This document shows, piece by piece, positions 1 to 8,478 of a stretch of 38,069 nucleotides of DNA. The position numbers and the translations under genes were made by a program. Origin of the DNA: a virus (lineage: Duplodnaviria; Heunggongvirae; Uroviricota; Caudoviricetes); IMG/VR virus record IMGVR_UViG_3300012933_000331, positions 1-38,069 of that record; one strand, given 5' to 3'. Within the stretch, counting starts at the first letter, position 1. Each line of letters begins with the position of its first letter. The notes beneath the pieces were generated by a model. That model saw nothing but the letters and a program-made list of their open reading frames with translations, did no database searches and had not been told where the DNA came from.

Positions 1-201
1 ATTGTTGCGCTAGTAAAAGACGAAGATGTGGTGGAATACTGCGAGATCCTAAAGCGTAACACTCAACACCAGTGGGGCTGTGAGATTCCTGGTAGCCCAA
101 TCGGTGTGGATCAAGATATTGGAGAGGACTATAGCTTTGGACATTTTGTCGAAACATACCAAATTATCGGAGATAGCTTGGCCCGTGTTCAGGCTGGGTG
201 A
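1..201 (+). CDS. C-terminal fragment of T5-like family A DNA polymerase (gene starts upstream of the window)
   Basis: Frame 1 is open from base 1 to TGA at 199-201: IVALVKDEDVVEYCEILKRNTQHQWGCEIPGSPIGVDQDIGEDYSFG... This resembles the IPGxPIGxD...DYSxG tail I recall for T5 polymerase, and it lies directly upstream of the T5 D10-D15 gene order. Confidence 0.8.
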   Translation: MVALVKDEDVVEYCEILKRNTQHQWGCEIPGSPIGVDQDIGEDYSFGHFVETYQIIGDSLARVQAG

Positions 202-688
202 GCGTCAGCCAGAACAGCATAAGGGCTTGGTGTTCTATCACACTCACTATGTTGATGAATCTAATAGTGAGAGTGTAACCTTACGAATTGTAGATGACGC
301 TAACCTAAGTGGTAAAACACTTGGGTTACGTCGACTACAGCTTAAAAGCCAGGACGAAAATTTGTTTCCAATTCGCACAGCCATATACTTTTTAGCAGAC
401 TTAGTTAAACTTGCAAAATCAACAACTTGGTTTGTTGATAGCAGCGGCAGAGTATTTCAGTACGAAAAAAATACTCGCGCCAAACTGCAAACAAAACCAA
501 TCAAACAAGTTTTACCTGCGGATGGTCTAGGGTGTGTGGTTGAATTGGTGGGCATTAGTTCGCGCTTTAAATCGCTACAACGTCCTAGTGAGCATCAGCA
601 CTTTGCCAGAGTACTAAAACTTGGCATGGGATTTATTTTTTATGGCTTTTGCGAAACAGTTAAGCCTGATAGTTGGAGAATGGTTTAA
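137..688 (+). CDS. Conserved T5-like hypothetical protein between pol and D10
   Basis: ORF track 80..688. A TTG at 137 preceded by GGAGAGG (121-127) is the more plausible start. The WPVFRLG motif and position match the T5-type gene found between polymerase and helicase. Confidence 0.7.
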   Translation: MDILSKHTKLSEIAWPVFRLGERQPEQHKGLVFYHTHYVDESNSESVTLRIVDDANLSGKTLGLRRLQLKSQDENLFPIRTAIYFLADLVKLAKSTTWFVDSSGRVFQYEKNTRAKLQTKPIKQVLPADGLGCVVELVGISSRFKSLQRPSEHQHFARVLKLGMGFIFYGFCETVKPDSWRMV

Positions 689-1984
689 ATGCCTAAAGCT
701 GTAATATCAAACCGAATATACATGGATAATCCTGGTGTAGAACACACCAAAACAGTAATCAAAGAACTTACTTATAAAATCAAAAAAGACACTGGCAGCA
801 AGCAATTTGCTACCATTGAAACTATCAAGAACTATAAGGTACTGCCAAAGGGTATTCTATCAATCCCACAAGGTCGTCTAGACCTGATTCCTGAAGATTA
901 TGAAATCATTGATAAACGAGTGCTTGAGGATGTACCTTTCCCAACGCCTAAATTCGGTTTACGACCCGAACAGCAAGTCGTTTATGACCCAATCGACGAT
1001 ACCTGCTTTATCAATGCCCTTGTGGGATGGGGAAAGACTTTTACAGCCTTACACCTTGCACACAAGTTCGGACAAAAAACTCTGGTTATTACCCACACCG
1101 CAGCCTTACGAGACCAGTGGTGTGAAGAAATCGAAGTCTTATTCGGGACGCAGTGCGGAGTTATTGGTGGTGGACGAATGGACTACGCCGACCACTTTAT
1201 CACCGTTGCCAACATCCAAACCTTGTCCAAAGTTGCGCCGGAGCTTGCTAAGGAGTTTGGAACTATTATCCTGGACGAAGCCCACCACTGTCCTGCCACT
1301 ACATTTGCACAAACAGTGGACGTATTCCACGCCCGATACCGCATTGCCTTAAGTGGCACAATGATTCGCAAAGACGGCAAGCACATACTTTTTCGTGATT
1401 ACTTTGGGCCGGTTGTTTACAAACCACCACAGTCTAATACCATGACTCCAACAGTGCACATTGTTAAGTCAGGAATTACACTAAAGCCTGGAGCAACTTG
1501 GGTTGACAAGATCACGGACTTGTGTTCTAGCGAGAACTATCAGCAGTTTATTGCTGGTTTAACCATGATGCACATTGAAGCTGGGCATCAAGTACTAATC
1601 CTTGCAGACAGAGTAGAATTCCTACAGAAAGTTAAAGAATATGTTGGTGAAGATTGCGCGCTTGTTACAGGCGACACCGAGTTTGAAGAACGAAAACTCG
1701 TCAAAGAGCAAATCCTCAGTGGAGAGAAAAAAGCTATCGCAGGAAGTCGGCAAATCTTCTCAGAAGGCATTTCTGTTAACAGCCTCAGTTGTGTGATCTT
1801 AGCAGTACCAATGTCAAACGATAGTTTACTAGAACAGGTCGTTGGTCGCGTACAGCGTATGCACGAGGGCAAACTAGAGCCGCTAGTTGTAGATATTAAC
1901 TTTGCCGGTTTTGCCGATAAAAAACAAAACAATGATCGCCTTGCGCTTTATTTGCGTAAAGGCTGGAAGATAGTAACGGTATGA
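689..1984 (+). CDS. D10: Superfamily 2 DExH helicase, T5 D10-like
   Basis: Walker A-like ALVGWGKTFT, motif II ILDEAHH, motif III LSGT, motif V FSEGIS, motif VI QVVGRVQR; synteny with the T5 module. Confidence 0.92.
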   Translation: MPKAVISNRIYMDNPGVEHTKTVIKELTYKIKKDTGSKQFATIETIKNYKVLPKGILSIPQGRLDLIPEDYEIIDKRVLEDVPFPTPKFGLRPEQQVVYDPIDDTCFINALVGWGKTFTALHLAHKFGQKTLVITHTAALRDQWCEEIEVLFGTQCGVIGGGRMDYADHFITVANIQTLSKVAPELAKEFGTIILDEAHHCPATTFAQTVDVFHARYRIALSGTMIRKDGKHILFRDYFGPVVYKPPQSNTMTPTVHIVKSGITLKPGATWVDKITDLCSSENYQQFIAGLTMMHIEAGHQVLILADRVEFLQKVKEYVGEDCALVTGDTEFEERKLVKEQILSGEKKAIAGSRQIFSEGISVNSLSCVILAVPMSNDSLLEQVVGRVQRMHEGKLEPLVVDINFAGFADKKQNNDRLALYLRKGWKIVTV

Positions 1985-1995
1985 CAAATTTACAC

Positions 1996-2024
1996 TTGTC
2001 AGCACTTGGTCATTATGATATAAT
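1996..2024 (+). promoter_or_regulatory. Sigma70-type promoter for the 2043 ORF/D11 unit
   Basis: TTGTCA (1996-2001), 17-nt spacer, TATAAT (2019-2024), with extended -10 TG at 2016-2017, in an intergenic gap. Confidence 0.8.
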
Positions 2025-2042
2025 ATAGTCTGAGTTCAAGAT

Positions 2043-2420
2043 ATGGCACTCTTTTTCAACTTAGAATTACTGGAAGCAGAATCTCAATGTGACCCTAAAC
2101 TAATGTTAAGTATGCTTGAAAGGCATTTTGGCAAAAAGCTAATACCTAAAAACCATCGTGATAGAGTTACACTCAAAAACTTATCAGGCCACAGCTTTTT
2201 ATTAAATGCCGATCAACTTTTTTCCGATACCGCAGACATTGCACACAAAGCGCAATACATAAGATTAGCCGGACGACGTGATTATAGCTTGTACAAACTG
2301 TATCGCGTTACTTACCTAGACTTAAGTTACTTTAAGGATATTGACACTAGCTTACTACAAACAAACCCTCTGCTCACAATAACACAAAACAAAATATATT
2401 TCAAATACGAAAGCAACTAA
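2043..2420 (+). CDS. Conserved T5-like hypothetical protein upstream of D11
   Basis: 125-aa ORF directly behind a consensus promoter and 3 nt before D11; a similar-sized gene occupies this position in T5-like phages. Confidence 0.75.
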   Translation: MALFFNLELLEAESQCDPKLMLSMLERHFGKKLIPKNHRDRVTLKNLSGHSFLLNADQLFSDTADIAHKAQYIRLAGRRDYSLYKLYRVTYLDLSYFKDIDTSLLQTNPLLTITQNKIYFKYESN

Positions 2421-2423
2421 AAA

Positions 2424-3065
2424 ATGGCAATTTCATTTAAAAACACCAAAGGCAAGGCTCAATCTAACAAAGTTGAGGCATACGAGTACAAAGACGGCGA
2501 AAACACAGTGCGATTGGTTGGCGGAGTTCTTCCTCGCTACATCTACTGGGTTAAGGGCAGCAATAACAAAGACATTCCAATCGAGTGCTTGGCTTTTAGC
2601 CGTGACAAAGAAAAGTTTGATAACCTGGAAAAAGATCATGTTCCAACATACTTTCCAGACCTGAAGTGTTCTTGGAGCTACACAGTTAACTGTATTGACC
2701 CCAAAGACGGTAAAGTTAAGGCGCTGAACTTGAAAAAGAAACTGTTTGAACAAATTGTGTCAACAGCAGCTGACTTGGAACTTGACCCAACGGACTTTGA
2801 CGAAGGCTTTGATATTGTATTCAACCGTGTTAAAACAGGCCCATTGGCCTTTAACATCAGCTACGATCTTAAGCCATTGAAGTGCAAAAAACGTGCTCTT
2901 ACACCAGAAGAACGCGAAGTAGCTCAGGCTGCTAAAAACATTGACGAAAAGTACCCTCGTCCAACCGAAGCCGAAGTATTGGCATTGTTGGAAAAGATTA
3001 CCTCTAACACTGATGACGAAGCTGGCGACGATGCCGCTCAAGAAGCAGTTAAAGAACTAGGTTAA
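2424..3065 (+). CDS. D11: T5 D11-like protein (putative ssDNA-binding/recombination protein)
   Basis: VRLVGGVLPRYIYWV...IECLAFSRDKEKF matches the D11 signature (RIVSGVLPRYVYW...FECLRFNRDKE) as I recall it; the acidic C-terminal tail is typical of SSBs. Confidence 0.85.
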   Translation: MAISFKNTKGKAQSNKVEAYEYKDGENTVRLVGGVLPRYIYWVKGSNNKDIPIECLAFSRDKEKFDNLEKDHVPTYFPDLKCSWSYTVNCIDPKDGKVKALNLKKKLFEQIVSTAADLELDPTDFDEGFDIVFNRVKTGPLAFNISYDLKPLKCKKRALTPEEREVAQAAKNIDEKYPRPTEAEVLALLEKITSNTDDEAGDDAAQEAVKELG

Positions 3066-3074
3066 TATACCAAT

Positions 3075-3110
3075 AGCCCGTTAGATCTAAAAGGTTTAAC
3101 GGGCTTTCTT
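3075..3110 (+). terminator. Rho-independent terminator after D11
   Basis: 13-bp stem AGCCCGTTAGATC / GGTTTAACGGGCT (two G-U pairs) with a TAAAA loop, followed by TTCTT; 10 nt after the D11 stop. Confidence 0.75.
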
Positions 3111-3122
3111 ATCTTATACACA

Positions 3123-4088
3123 ATGAAAATACTATTTACAGCTGACGTACACATTAAGCTAGGCAGTAAGAACGTTCCAGTAGACTGGGCGCGTAATAGA
3201 TTTAAAATGTTTTGTGAGCAGTTTGCGGAAATGCAGGCCGATGCTGATTTGGTGATTGTTGGTGGCGATGTATTTGACAGACTGCCAACAATGGATGAAG
3301 TTGAACTTTATTTTGACTTTGTTGAGAGTTTTAAAAAGCCCACCTTAATCTATCCAGGCAATCATGAAATGTTAAAGAAAGATACCACTTTCTTGTCAAA
3401 TCTCAAAAAGTCCACACATCGCTTAAACCCCCTGGTAACCTTAGTAGATGACTACTACGAGAATATTGGGTTTAATTTGGACATTATTCCTTACAACAAG
3501 CTCAAAGATTTTGAAAAACATGGTCGTGAGTTCTCTGGGCGTATCTTATGCACTCACGTTCGTGCCGAGATTCCTCCACACGTTAAACCAGAAGTAGACT
3601 TGGATATTTTTAACCGCTGGGACATAGTCTTGGCAGGTGACTTGCACTCATATGAAAACTCTCAGCGCAATATTCTTTATCCTGGCAGCCCTTATACTAC
3701 TAGTTTTCACCGTACCAAGGTCGACACTGGCGCTATTATCCTTGATGCTGATAATCTCAGTCATGAGTGGCGGAAATTCAACTTACCGCAGCTCATCAAG
3801 AAAACGATCACTGCCGAAGAGGCCACCACCTCCGCCAATGCCACCTCCTTTGACCACACAATCTATGAGGTGCAAGGCGATATGCAAGAACTCGGAGAAT
3901 TGCAAGATTCGGAGTTAATTGCCTCAAAAGTTATTAAACGTGACACAGATTCTGCACTAATGCTAGACCCTGAAATGTCGCTGGACGCTGAAGTCAAAGA
4001 ATACTTGACTTATATATTAGAACTACCAGAACCAACTATTGATAAGGTTCTACAGGAGATGCAAAATCATGCTGAAAAACTTACGTAA
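3123..4088 (+). CDS. D12: SbcD/Mre11-like metallophosphoesterase nuclease subunit, T5 D12-like
   Basis: Calcineurin-like motifs ADVH, GGDVFD, PGNHE, THV, GDLH and YPGSP. Confidence 0.92.
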   Translation: MKILFTADVHIKLGSKNVPVDWARNRFKMFCEQFAEMQADADLVIVGGDVFDRLPTMDEVELYFDFVESFKKPTLIYPGNHEMLKKDTTFLSNLKKSTHRLNPLVTLVDDYYENIGFNLDIIPYNKLKDFEKHGREFSGRILCTHVRAEIPPHVKPEVDLDIFNRWDIVLAGDLHSYENSQRNILYPGSPYTTSFHRTKVDTGAIILDADNLSHEWRKFNLPQLIKKTITAEEATTSANATSFDHTIYEVQGDMQELGELQDSELIASKVIKRDTDSALMLDPEMSLDAEVKEYLTYILELPEPTIDKVLQEMQNHAEKLT

Positions 4089-4344
4089 CTCAACTGCCGA
4101 AGTATGGTCACAAACTAACTGCCCTGCTTGTACCGAAGCCAAACGTATGCTAGACAACTTTGGTGTAAAGTATACTGAAAAGATGCTTGGCATTAACGGT
4201 TTTACCAAAAAAGACTTAATTGAAAAAGTTCCACACGCTCGTAGCGTTCCGCAGATTTTTATCGACGGTGAATATGTTGGCGGACTGCCTGAGCTAAAAA
4301 AGAAATTAGCAGATGATAACAATAAAAACACTAGCATGGTCTAA
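4069..4344 (+). CDS. Glutaredoxin (dithiol CPAC)
   Basis: WSQTNCPACTEAK active site, cis-proline motif SVPQIFIDGEYVGG; ATG at 4069 overlaps the end of D12. Confidence 0.88.
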   Translation: MLKNLRNSTAEVWSQTNCPACTEAKRMLDNFGVKYTEKMLGINGFTKKDLIEKVPHARSVPQIFIDGEYVGGLPELKKKLADDNNKNTSMV

Positions 4345-6151
4345 CGCTTTTAGTTACGGCGCAGACAACAAGATTGACTTTTCTGCTGCACCTCTTACAC
4401 AACTTGTGGGTAAGAATGGTCATGGCAAAAGCTCTATTGCACTAATCTTAGAAGAAGTGCTTTTTAACAAGAACTCCAAGTCTATTAAAAAAGCAGATAT
4501 TATCAACCGATATGTCAAAGCCAAGTCTTATACTATTGAACTGGTATTCGACAAAGACGGAGTTGAATACAAGATTGTAACAGTTCGTGGCAGTACACAA
4601 ACTGTTAAACTGTACAAAGACGGCACGGATATTAGTGCACATACTAGCACACAAACATACAAAAACATCGAAGAAATCTTGGGCTTTGACCACAAAACAT
4701 TCTCACAGATTGTTTATCAAAGCAACTCCAGCAGTCTAGAGTTTTTAACAGCTCCTGATACAGCGCGTAAAAAGTTTCTTATTGAGATTTTAAACTTAGG
4801 CAAGTACACGCAGGCACAAGAAGTTTTCAAAGAAACAGCGCAAGAGTTGAGCAAAGATATTGCACAAGTTCAAGCGCAAGTTAATACAGTTAACTCTTGG
4901 TTAAACAAGTACGCCGGTACTGACTTAACGCTAAAAGAATACTGCAAAGTTCCTGTGGTTGATGAGCACTTAATAACTGAATCCACAGAAGTAGACAAAC
5001 AACTAAAAAGCCTGGAGTTTATCAATAAAAAGATTACTCAAAACAATACTTATCGGCAGGTACAGGCAAAAATCAAGTTATTTCCTATTCCAGAAAAGCC
5101 AACTGAAGACCCTAAGCCATTGCAAACAGAAGCAGGTGCGCTAACAACCCAATCTGTGGAATTGTCAAAAACCATTCGCGATTCGCAGGCATTTACCAAA
5201 AAGATCAGCGCTTTGCACGGAACGTGCCCGACTTGTTTGCAAGAAATTGACGAAGCCAAGATTGCTGAGTTGATTGCGGAACAGACAAAAATTCAAGAGT
5301 CTGCACAAGCCAGTAACCTGCGTATTACTGCACGCCTAACAGAACTTGATGACCTTCGTGGTGACATTACTCGCAGATTGCAAACCTGGGAAGCTGCGAG
5401 TAAATCCAAAGAAGAATGGGAGCGATATCACGCACTTATTGATGATAGCATACAATCAGATTTGTTGGACAAAAACGAGCTTGAGTCCAAGTTTATTAGT
5501 TTGCAAAAGTCTATTGTTACCTTAAAAGAAGCTATTGCGCTTGCCGAAAAGCGTAATATAGCAGCCAGTGCTCATAATGCCAAGGTTGAGATTGTTTCCA
5601 AGCAGATGGTTGAAATGAATGAGGAGTTGGAAAACTACTCAGGTAAACTACATGAGCTGTCCGAGCGCATGAGCATTATTAATGTGTTAACCAAAACTTT
5701 TTCAACAACAGGTTTGGTTGCATACAAGATTGAATGCTTGGTAAAAGACTTGGAAGAAATCACTAACAAATACTTGGTAGACTTATCCGATGGAAGATTT
5801 CAGATTAGTTTCCGTGTAAATGCAAGTGATAAGTTAAATGTTGTTATCACAGATAATGGCAAAGATATTGAAATGCTAGCACTGTCGGGAGGCGAACGTG
5901 CTAGAGTAAACGTAGCGACGCTTTTGGCTATACGTAAGTTGATGCAAACACTATCCAGTTCACGAATTAACTTGTTGATTCTGGACGAGACGGTTGAAAC
6001 ACTGGACGTAGACGGCAAAGAGCGTTTAATTGAAGTTTTATTGCGAGAAGAGCACTTAAATACCTTTTTGGTGTCTCATGGCTTTAGCCACCCACTATTA
6101 GAAAAAGTAAACGTGGTGAAAAGCAATAACATATCACAAATTGAGGTATAA
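4313..6151 (+). CDS. D13: SbcC/Rad50-like ABC ATPase, T5 D13-like
   Basis: Walker A GKNGHGKSS, Q-loop IVYQS, central coiled coil with zinc hook CPTC, signature LSGGE, Walker B LLILDE, H-loop VSHG. Confidence 0.95.
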   Translation: MITIKTLAWSNAFSYGADNKIDFSAAPLTQLVGKNGHGKSSIALILEEVLFNKNSKSIKKADIINRYVKAKSYTIELVFDKDGVEYKIVTVRGSTQTVKLYKDGTDISAHTSTQTYKNIEEILGFDHKTFSQIVYQSNSSSLEFLTAPDTARKKFLIEILNLGKYTQAQEVFKETAQELSKDIAQVQAQVNTVNSWLNKYAGTDLTLKEYCKVPVVDEHLITESTEVDKQLKSLEFINKKITQNNTYRQVQAKIKLFPIPEKPTEDPKPLQTEAGALTTQSVELSKTIRDSQAFTKKISALHGTCPTCLQEIDEAKIAELIAEQTKIQESAQASNLRITARLTELDDLRGDITRRLQTWEAASKSKEEWERYHALIDDSIQSDLLDKNELESKFISLQKSIVTLKEAIALAEKRNIAASAHNAKVEIVSKQMVEMNEELENYSGKLHELSERMSIINVLTKTFSTTGLVAYKIECLVKDLEEITNKYLVDLSDGRFQISFRVNASDKLNVVITDNGKDIEMLALSGGERARVNVATLLAIRKLMQTLSSSRINLLILDETVETLDVDGKERLIEVLLREEHLNTFLVSHGFSHPLLEKVNVVKSNNISQIEV

Positions 6152-6152
6152 A

Positions 6153-6446
6153 ATGATTAAAATTGAACGAAGTACAGCCATTAACCCTACGATTCTTCGT
6201 AATGGTGTGCGTCAACTAGTAACACTAAGCATGGTGGTAACGCAGGCTGAACTAGATACCCTTGAAGCTGAGTCAGGTAGCATCATGTATAGTGTTGATG
6301 AACTGGAGGTAAAAACAGTTGAATTTCAACCCAGCCAGCCAGCCACTCCACCAGCTGCTGAGCCAACCGCACCAGCAGAGCCAGTACCTGCCGCCAAGGT
6401 TACCAAGCCTATCGTACAACCTGTTCGTAAAACGCCGCGTGCATAA
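6153..6446 (+). CDS. Hypothetical protein with Pro/Ala-rich C-terminal tail
   Basis: GAGGT RBS at 6143-6147 and ATG at 6153; the stop overlaps the D14 start (TAATG). Confidence 0.7.
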   Translation: MIKIERSTAINPTILRNGVRQLVTLSMVVTQAELDTLEAESGSIMYSVDELEVKTVEFQPSQPATPPAAEPTAPAEPVPAAKVTKPIVQPVRKTPRA

Positions 6447-6904
6447 TGGTCGTAGACGCTAGAGCTAAAGGAGCACGTACTGAGACTACAGTACGCGATC
6501 TTTTAAAGAAACACACAGGTTTAGGGTGGGAGCGAGTACCTGGAAGTGGTGCCCTTGACCCTAAACATTTGCTAAAAGGCGATCTTTATGTGCCTGGGCG
6601 AACTAACCTCTACTGTACCGAAGTCAAAGGTTACGCAGAAGATCACCTTACTTCACACCTGTTAACTTCAAAAACTCCGCAGCTTGTGGAGTTTTGGGAA
6701 CAAACAGTACGTCAAGGAATTCAGGTAGGTAAAAAGCCACTGCTTATCTTTAAATTTAATCGAAGCAAAGTATTTGTGGCTTTTGACGATATGCCCGATA
6801 GTCAAGACTACCGATGCCTTTACTACAATCACGAAACGCATGAGTTTTATGTTGCTCTCCTAGAAGATTGGTTGAAGTATGAGCAACCTGAATTTGTAAC
6901 TTGA
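6446..6904 (+). CDS. D14: Holliday-junction-resolvase-like PD-(D/E)xK endonuclease, T5 D14-like
   Basis: KGARTE...WERVPGSGA...KGDLYVP...TEVKGY motifs match D14. Confidence 0.88.
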   Translation: MVVDARAKGARTETTVRDLLKKHTGLGWERVPGSGALDPKHLLKGDLYVPGRTNLYCTEVKGYAEDHLTSHLLTSKTPQLVEFWEQTVRQGIQVGKKPLLIFKFNRSKVFVAFDDMPDSQDYRCLYYNHETHEFYVALLEDWLKYEQPEFVT

Positions 6905-6929
6905 TTTAATAAGGTTAACAGTGTATAAT
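6901..6929 (+). promoter_or_regulatory. Sigma70-type promoter upstream of D15
   Basis: TTGATT (6901-6906), 17-nt spacer, TATAAT (6924-6929) in the D14-D15 gap. Confidence 0.7.
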
Positions 6930-6956
6930 ATACACTTAACCACAAGAATATAACCA

Positions 6957-7802
6957 ATGAGTATTACATTTAAACAAGCTACTGCAACCAATAACACACT
7001 TTTGATTGTAGACGCACTAAACTTGGCCTTCAGATATAAACATTCAGGAGCTACTGACTTCGCGTTAGACTACATTCGCACAGTAGACAGTCTTAAAAAA
7101 TCTTATAAAGCTTCGCACGTTATTATTGCTTGTGATCAAGGCAGTTCAACTTATCGTAAAGCACTTAGTCCTGAATATAAACAAAACCGCAAAGACAAAC
7201 AAGCTGAGCAAACAGATGCTGAGCGCGCAGCTTTTGAACTTTTCTTTGAAGACTTCCTTGCCACTATCAAACAGATTGAAGAAACTACAAGCTACCCAGT
7301 GCTAAAGTTTCAGGGAGTAGAAGCCGACGATATTGCAGCATATATTGTATCACAAAAGTCTAAGTTGAGCACTGACGATATTTGGTTGATTTCGAGCGAC
7401 CGAGACTGGGACTTATTGGTTGGCCCAGGTGTATCACGATTCTCCTATGTTACACGCAAGGAAGTTACCATTGACAACTGGAATGACCACTATGACTTTG
7501 ATCCAGAAGACTATATCTCGATCAAGTGTTTGATGGGTGATAGTGGCGATAATGTAATGGGCGTTGACAAGGTTGGTCCTAAACGTGCAGTTGAACTGGT
7601 CAAACAGTATGGCACAGCCTATGATATTGCTGCTAGTATTCCAATTCCTGGTAAATATGTTTATATTCAAAACTTAAACAAGTGCAAAGACTTGTTGCTG
7701 CTCAACTACCAGCTAATGGATTTGGTTACACACTGTGCCGAAGCTATTGGTGAAGAAAATCTCCAAACAATCAACGAAACCCTAGACATTTACCTAAAAT
7801 GA
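6957..7802 (+). CDS. D15: 5'-3' exonuclease / flap endonuclease, T5 D15-like
   Basis: LLIVDALNLAFR, ACDQG, YKQNR, GVEADDI, ISSDRDWD, LMGDSGDNVMGVDKVGPKRA (H3TH motif). Confidence 0.95.
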   Translation: MSITFKQATATNNTLLIVDALNLAFRYKHSGATDFALDYIRTVDSLKKSYKASHVIIACDQGSSTYRKALSPEYKQNRKDKQAEQTDAERAAFELFFEDFLATIKQIEETTSYPVLKFQGVEADDIAAYIVSQKSKLSTDDIWLISSDRDWDLLVGPGVSRFSYVTRKEVTIDNWNDHYDFDPEDYISIKCLMGDSGDNVMGVDKVGPKRAVELVKQYGTAYDIAASIPIPGKYVYIQNLNKCKDLLLLNYQLMDLVTHCAEAIGEENLQTINETLDIYLK

Positions 7803-8275
7803 GCCATTTTTTAAACATTAACCGAGATTACGACCACAGCCGTGGAGTGCCAGTAAAGCCAGAGCTGGAGTGCCAAGTACAGCCTGGTGCACAGCTTCCC
7901 AAACGTGCACACCGCACAGATGCCGGAGCAGACTTGTTTAGCTATGAAGAACACGAGATTTATCCTCAAGAACAAAAACTTGTGGATACGGGTATAGCGA
8001 TCAAAATTCCAGAAGGCTACGGAGGCTTTATTTTCAATCGCAGCTCGCAAGGGAAAAAAGGCATTACAATCCCACATTCTGTTGGAGTCATTGATTCTGA
8101 TTATCGTGGAAATTTAAAAGTTTTGCTGAAAAATATTTCAGAAGACCCTTATAAAATTTCGGTTGGAGACCGTATTGCACAACTGGTGATTATGCCAGTT
8201 TTGCTGCCTGAGTTTAAAGATATTTGGAATGACACTACAAGAGGTGCCGGCGGTTTCGGCAGTACCGGGACTTAA
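7799..8275 (+). CDS. dut: Trimeric dUTPase
   Basis: Motifs AGADL, RSS, GVIDSDYRG, DRIAQL and the C-terminal RGAGGFGSTG. Confidence 0.96.
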   Translation: MSHFLNINRDYDHSRGVPVKPELECQVQPGAQLPKRAHRTDAGADLFSYEEHEIYPQEQKLVDTGIAIKIPEGYGGFIFNRSSQGKKGITIPHSVGVIDSDYRGNLKVLLKNISEDPYKISVGDRIAQLVIMPVLLPEFKDIWNDTTRGAGGFGSTGT

Positions 8276-8470
8276 ATGCAAGAATTAAAGTACGTGTTAG
8301 TAGCTGTAGTAGCTATAATAATTATATTAGTAGTAGGCGCTCAGTACAGTGCTTACGAAAATCGCAAAGCATATTATGCTTGCCTAGAGCTAAGTGAAAA
8401 ATTAGCTGAACAACAAAAACAACCCGATGGTGGCGTACGTATTGTATCGCTGCCATATTGCAGAACTTAA
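8276..8470 (+). CDS. Small membrane-anchored hypothetical protein
   Basis: 64 aa abutting the dut stop; N-terminal hydrophobic helix VLVAVVAIIIILVVGA and two Cys in the soluble part. Confidence 0.65.
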   Translation: MQELKYVLVAVVAIIIILVVGAQYSAYENRKAYYACLELSEKLAEQQKQPDGGVRIVSLPYCRT

Positions 8471-8478
8471 GGAATTAG

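Noticed and set aside
80-136. Longer ORF-track starts for 80..688, 4039..4344, 6141..6446, 14852..15823 and 16829..17152
   Set aside because: Downstream starts (137, 4069, 6153, 15730, 17095) have better RBS or coupling, or expose a signal peptide or lipobox at the N-terminus.
900-1352. 150-aa alternative-frame ORF inside D10 (also 3637..3918 inside D12 and 9452..9727 inside nrdJ)
   Set aside because: Fully nested in well-conserved genes, with no recognisable motifs or RBS.
6331-6344. CCAG x3.5 microsatellite as a phase-variation site
   Set aside because: Too short, and explained by the Pro/Ser/Gln-rich coding sequence.
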